64,000 bases of DNA from an uncultured Thermus sp. (GTDB taxonomy: Bacteria > Deinococcota > Deinococci > Deinococcales > Thermaceae): assembly GCA_947085095.1 (NCBI GenBank), contig CAMTVD010000002.1, forward strand, positions 13,632 through 77,631, in the 5' to 3' direction. The translations under genes were made by a program, and so were the position numbers. Positions 61,477-64,000 of this stretch are shown here, piece by piece; the first letter of the stretch is position 1, and the number at the start of each line of letters is the position of its first letter. A model generated the notes under the pieces. It searched no databases. It was not told the origin of the DNA and saw nothing but the letters and a program-made list of their open reading frames with translations.

Positions 61477-62736
61477 GTGGCCGTGAGGCTGGTGGTGGTG
61501 GGAGGCGGGAACCGGGGCTTGGCCTATGCCCGGCACGCCGCCCATCTAGGGGCCCGCATCGCCGCCCTGGCCGAGCCCCGCCCCGAGCGCCGCCAGGCTT
61601 TCCGGGAGGCCTTTGGTCTGGGGGAGGGGGCTCTCTTTGCCGACTGGCGGGAGCTGGTGGAGGCCCCCCGGCTGGGGGAGGCGGCCATCCTGGCCCTCCC
61701 CGACCGCCTCCACGCCGAGGCGGCCATCGCCCTCATGGAGAAGGGCTACCACCTCCTTTTGGAGAAGCCCATCGCCCCCACCTGGGGGGAGGTGCTCCGG
61801 GTGGCGGAGGCTAAGGCGAGGACGGGGAGGATCGTGGCCCTGGCCCACGTGCTCCGCTACACCCCCTACGCCAGGAGGCTCAAGGCCCTCCTGGAGGAGG
61901 GGGCGATCGGGGAGGTGGTCTCGGTGCAACACCTGGAGCCGGTGGGGCACTGGCACTTCGCCCACAGCTTCGTGCGGGGCAACTGGCGGAAGGAAGGGGA
62001 GTCCAGCCCCTTCCTCCTGGCCAAGAGCGTCCACGACCTGGACTGGCTCCTCTTCCTGATGCCGGGGAGGGTGGCCCGGGTGGCCTCCTTTGGGGGGCTC
62101 TACCACTTCCGGCCGGGGAGAGGCCCCCAAGGGGCTGGGGAGCGGTGCCTCCATTGCCCGGAGGAGGTGGAAAGGGGCTGCCCCTTCTCGGCCAGGCGCA
62201 TCTACCTGGAGGCCTACGAAGAGGGGGAACGGGGCTGGCCCCTGGACGTGGTGGCCTTCCCCGTGACCCGGGAGAACCTGGAAAGGGCGTTGGCGGAGGG
62301 CCCCTACGGGGAGTGCGTTTACCTGGGGAGGAACGACGTGGCGGACCACCAGGTGGTGGCCTTGGAATACCGGGACGGACGCACGGCCAGCTTCCACGCG
62401 GAGGGGCTTTCCCGGATGCGGTTTCGGGAGACGCGGCTTTTTGGGAGCGGTGGGGAGATCTTTGGGGACGGGCGGTACATCCGCATCTTTGACTTCCTGA
62501 GGGGTGAACGGACCTTGGACCTGGAGGTGGAGGCGGATGGGTCCCTTCGCACGGGGCACGGGGGCGGGGACCTGGGGCTGATGGCGGACTTTGTCTTTGC
62601 GGTGGAGCGGGAGGACCCTTCCCGGCTGGAGCCCTTTGAGGAGGCCCTTTATGCCCACCGCCTCACCTTTTTGGCGGAGAGGGCCAGGAAAGAGGCGCGG
62701 GTGGTGGAGGCAGAAAAGGAAGACCCCCAGGCCTGA
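61477..62736 (+). CDS. Gfo/Idh/MocA family oxidoreductase
   Basis: VGGGNRG, LLEKPIA, HSFVRGNW, HDLD, HGGGD. Confidence 0.92.
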   Translation: MAVRLVVVGGGNRGLAYARHAAHLGARIAALAEPRPERRQAFREAFGLGEGALFADWRELVEAPRLGEAAILALPDRLHAEAAIALMEKGYHLLLEKPIAPTWGEVLRVAEAKARTGRIVALAHVLRYTPYARRLKALLEEGAIGEVVSVQHLEPVGHWHFAHSFVRGNWRKEGESSPFLLAKSVHDLDWLLFLMPGRVARVASFGGLYHFRPGRGPQGAGERCLHCPEEVERGCPFSARRIYLEAYEEGERGWPLDVVAFPVTRENLERALAEGPYGECVYLGRNDVADHQVVALEYRDGRTASFHAEGLSRMRFRETRLFGSGGEIFGDGRYIRIFDFLRGERTLDLEVEADGSLRTGHGGGDLGLMADFVFAVEREDPSRLEPFEEALYAHRLTFLAERARKEARVVEAEKEDPQA

Positions 62737-62748
62737 GGCCAGGGGCTT

Positions 62749-62844
<96 letters not shown>

Positions 62845-63005
62845 AAGCGCCAAGCCTGAGTGTACCAAGGGGTTTTGGGGGAGTCAAGGGTGCTGGTCGG
62901 ACGTTTTGAGAGAGGTGGAATCCCATCTTGGACTTGGGGGAAGTTTCTCCTGGACGGATCGTGTGGCCGGATCTGGGAGATTGTGTGCTCACGGGAGGTA
63001 GAGTT

Positions 63006-63060
63006 ATGGAGGACTTGCAGAGTCTGCTGGAAGAGTTTCTTCTGCACGCTAAACTCCACG
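63006..63060 (+). pseudogene. possible N-terminal stub of a tyrosine recombinase
   Basis: Strong SD GGGAGG, then MEDLQSLLEEFLLHAKL resembling the first helix of Xer/integrase N-domains; sequence then becomes unrelated. Confidence 0.3.
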
Positions 63061-63624
63061 AGTCAGGTACTGGCCCCCCTGCAACGCTTTCCTCAACGTG
63101 CCATTGCTCCTCTCAAATGCCGTCGTTTGCGCCATCTCAAACCGCGTATCCGGGACGGATTCGAACTTGAGCAGCTCACCGTTGGGGCGTTGCAGCGCGC
63201 GCTCGGCAAACATGCCTGGGTGCGTGAAGCAGTCCACTCTTTCTCCGTTCCGGGCCCTGGAGATCTTCTCGATCGCTGCCACAAGACCGCCCCCGTGGTC
63301 CCAGTGGCCGTGGGACAGCACCACCGCATCGATCGCCGCGAAGTCTACGCCCAGAATCTCGGCGTTGCGCAGGAAGGTTGAGGCCTCTGGCCCCGTGTCA
63401 AACAGCACGGTGTGTGTCGCGCTTCCGCTACGCGCCGTGATCAGCAGCGACAGACCGTGGTGGGCACAGCAGGTGCACCGTCCCGAGAGCAATTGCAAAC
63501 GCCCCGCGGTCAACAACCCCGTCCACTCCGATATCGCCACACCGGAATTGGTCGATAGGCTGTCCGTGACGTTGTCAACGAGAACGAGAACTTCAAGCTG
63601 GTCAACTGCCAGAATGTCGGGCAT
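63049..63624 (-). pseudogene. 3'-truncated MBL-fold hydrolase, probably a gene cassette
   Basis: VLVDN, HGLS, LFDTG, VLSHGHWDHGGG; family-like sequence appears to end near 63150 and C-terminal metal ligands are absent; non-Thermus codon usage. Confidence 0.7.
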
Positions 63625-63650
63625 GGCTCGCTCCAGTCTTCTTGAGGCGG

Positions 63651-63713
63651 CTAACGCCGGAAATCCTGTGCTTTACCGCCTTGGAACATCAGAAAGGGTC
63701 TTGCTGTTGCCAT
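63651..63713 (-). pseudogene. 20-codon remnant of a VOC/PhnB-like gene
   Basis: MATARPFLMFQGGKAQ matches the PFLMF-G-A N-terminus of PhnB-like VOC proteins; fused to a GTTAGCC core site. Confidence 0.5.
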
Positions 63714-63740
63714 CTCGTGTGCCCCCATGTCGAATTTGCT

Positions 63741-63800
63741 GCCTAACGCTCCGGTTCAGCGGCGGCGCGGAGTGCCGCCCGCTGCGACCGGTCGTTCGGC
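63741..63800 (-). mobile_element. integron cassette recombination site attC (60 bp)
   Basis: Minus strand GCCGAAC...TCGCAGCGG...CCGCTGAA...GTTAGGC; the plus strand folds into a hairpin with an unpaired spacer and two extrahelical bases on one arm. Confidence 0.8.
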
Positions 63801-63884
63801 GGCTTGCAAAGCGCCACAGACCCGCCGGGAGTCCTCGGGAGCACTCTCCACACGTGCACAGTGCCAACCCCTTATCATGTCAAC

Positions 63885-64000
63885 ATGGCAGCCCCTCTTC
63901 AGATCCAGCTGACCCCTGAGGAGGACCGGCTCCTGCTGGAACTCTCCCTGGACCCGAAGACCCACAAGAAAACCCGCCTCTGGGCCGCCATGGTCCGCCT
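63885..64000 (+). mobile_element. IS630-family transposase N-terminus (runs off the window)
   Basis: MAAPLQIQLTPEEDRLLLELSLDPKTHKKTRLWAAMVRL resembles IS630 HTH N-termini; TATCAT 6 nt before the ATG; host-like codon usage resumes. Confidence 0.6.

Noticed and set aside
62860..63919. Plus-strand ORFs 62860-63381 and 63098-63919 as genes
   Set aside because: They are antisense to the MBL remnant, cross the attC, and show no protein-family features

Overview
High-GC Thermus-like (Deinococcota) chromosomal segment, mostly core genes: ligA, thyX, trpBA, mqnC, rpiA, metG, ftsE/hpf, ftsX, hemEHG, recX, spoVS, proC, rpsB-tsf-pyrH-frr-cdsA-dxr-rseP, tRNA-Ala(TGC) and tRNA-Ser(GGA). Many genes look leaderless. 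Notable elements: (1) a c-di-GMP locus (GGDEF, GGDEF-EAL, HD-GYP) with two tandem c-di-GMP-II-type riboswitches ahead of a small secreted beta-rich protein; (2) a 394-aa LAGLIDADG-type intein inside prkA/yeaG; (3) an atypical-composition nrfHA insertion whose NrfA has CXXCH rather than CXXCK at heme 1; (4) a cst-like persulfide locus with two CsoR/CstR-type operators; (5) leaderless mini-ORF attenuator-like leaders before metG and trpB; (6) at the right end, a decayed integron-type cassette array (one intact 60-bp attC) beside tRNA-Ser and an IS630-like transposase start. All calls come from reading motifs and base-pairing by eye; no database searches were run.
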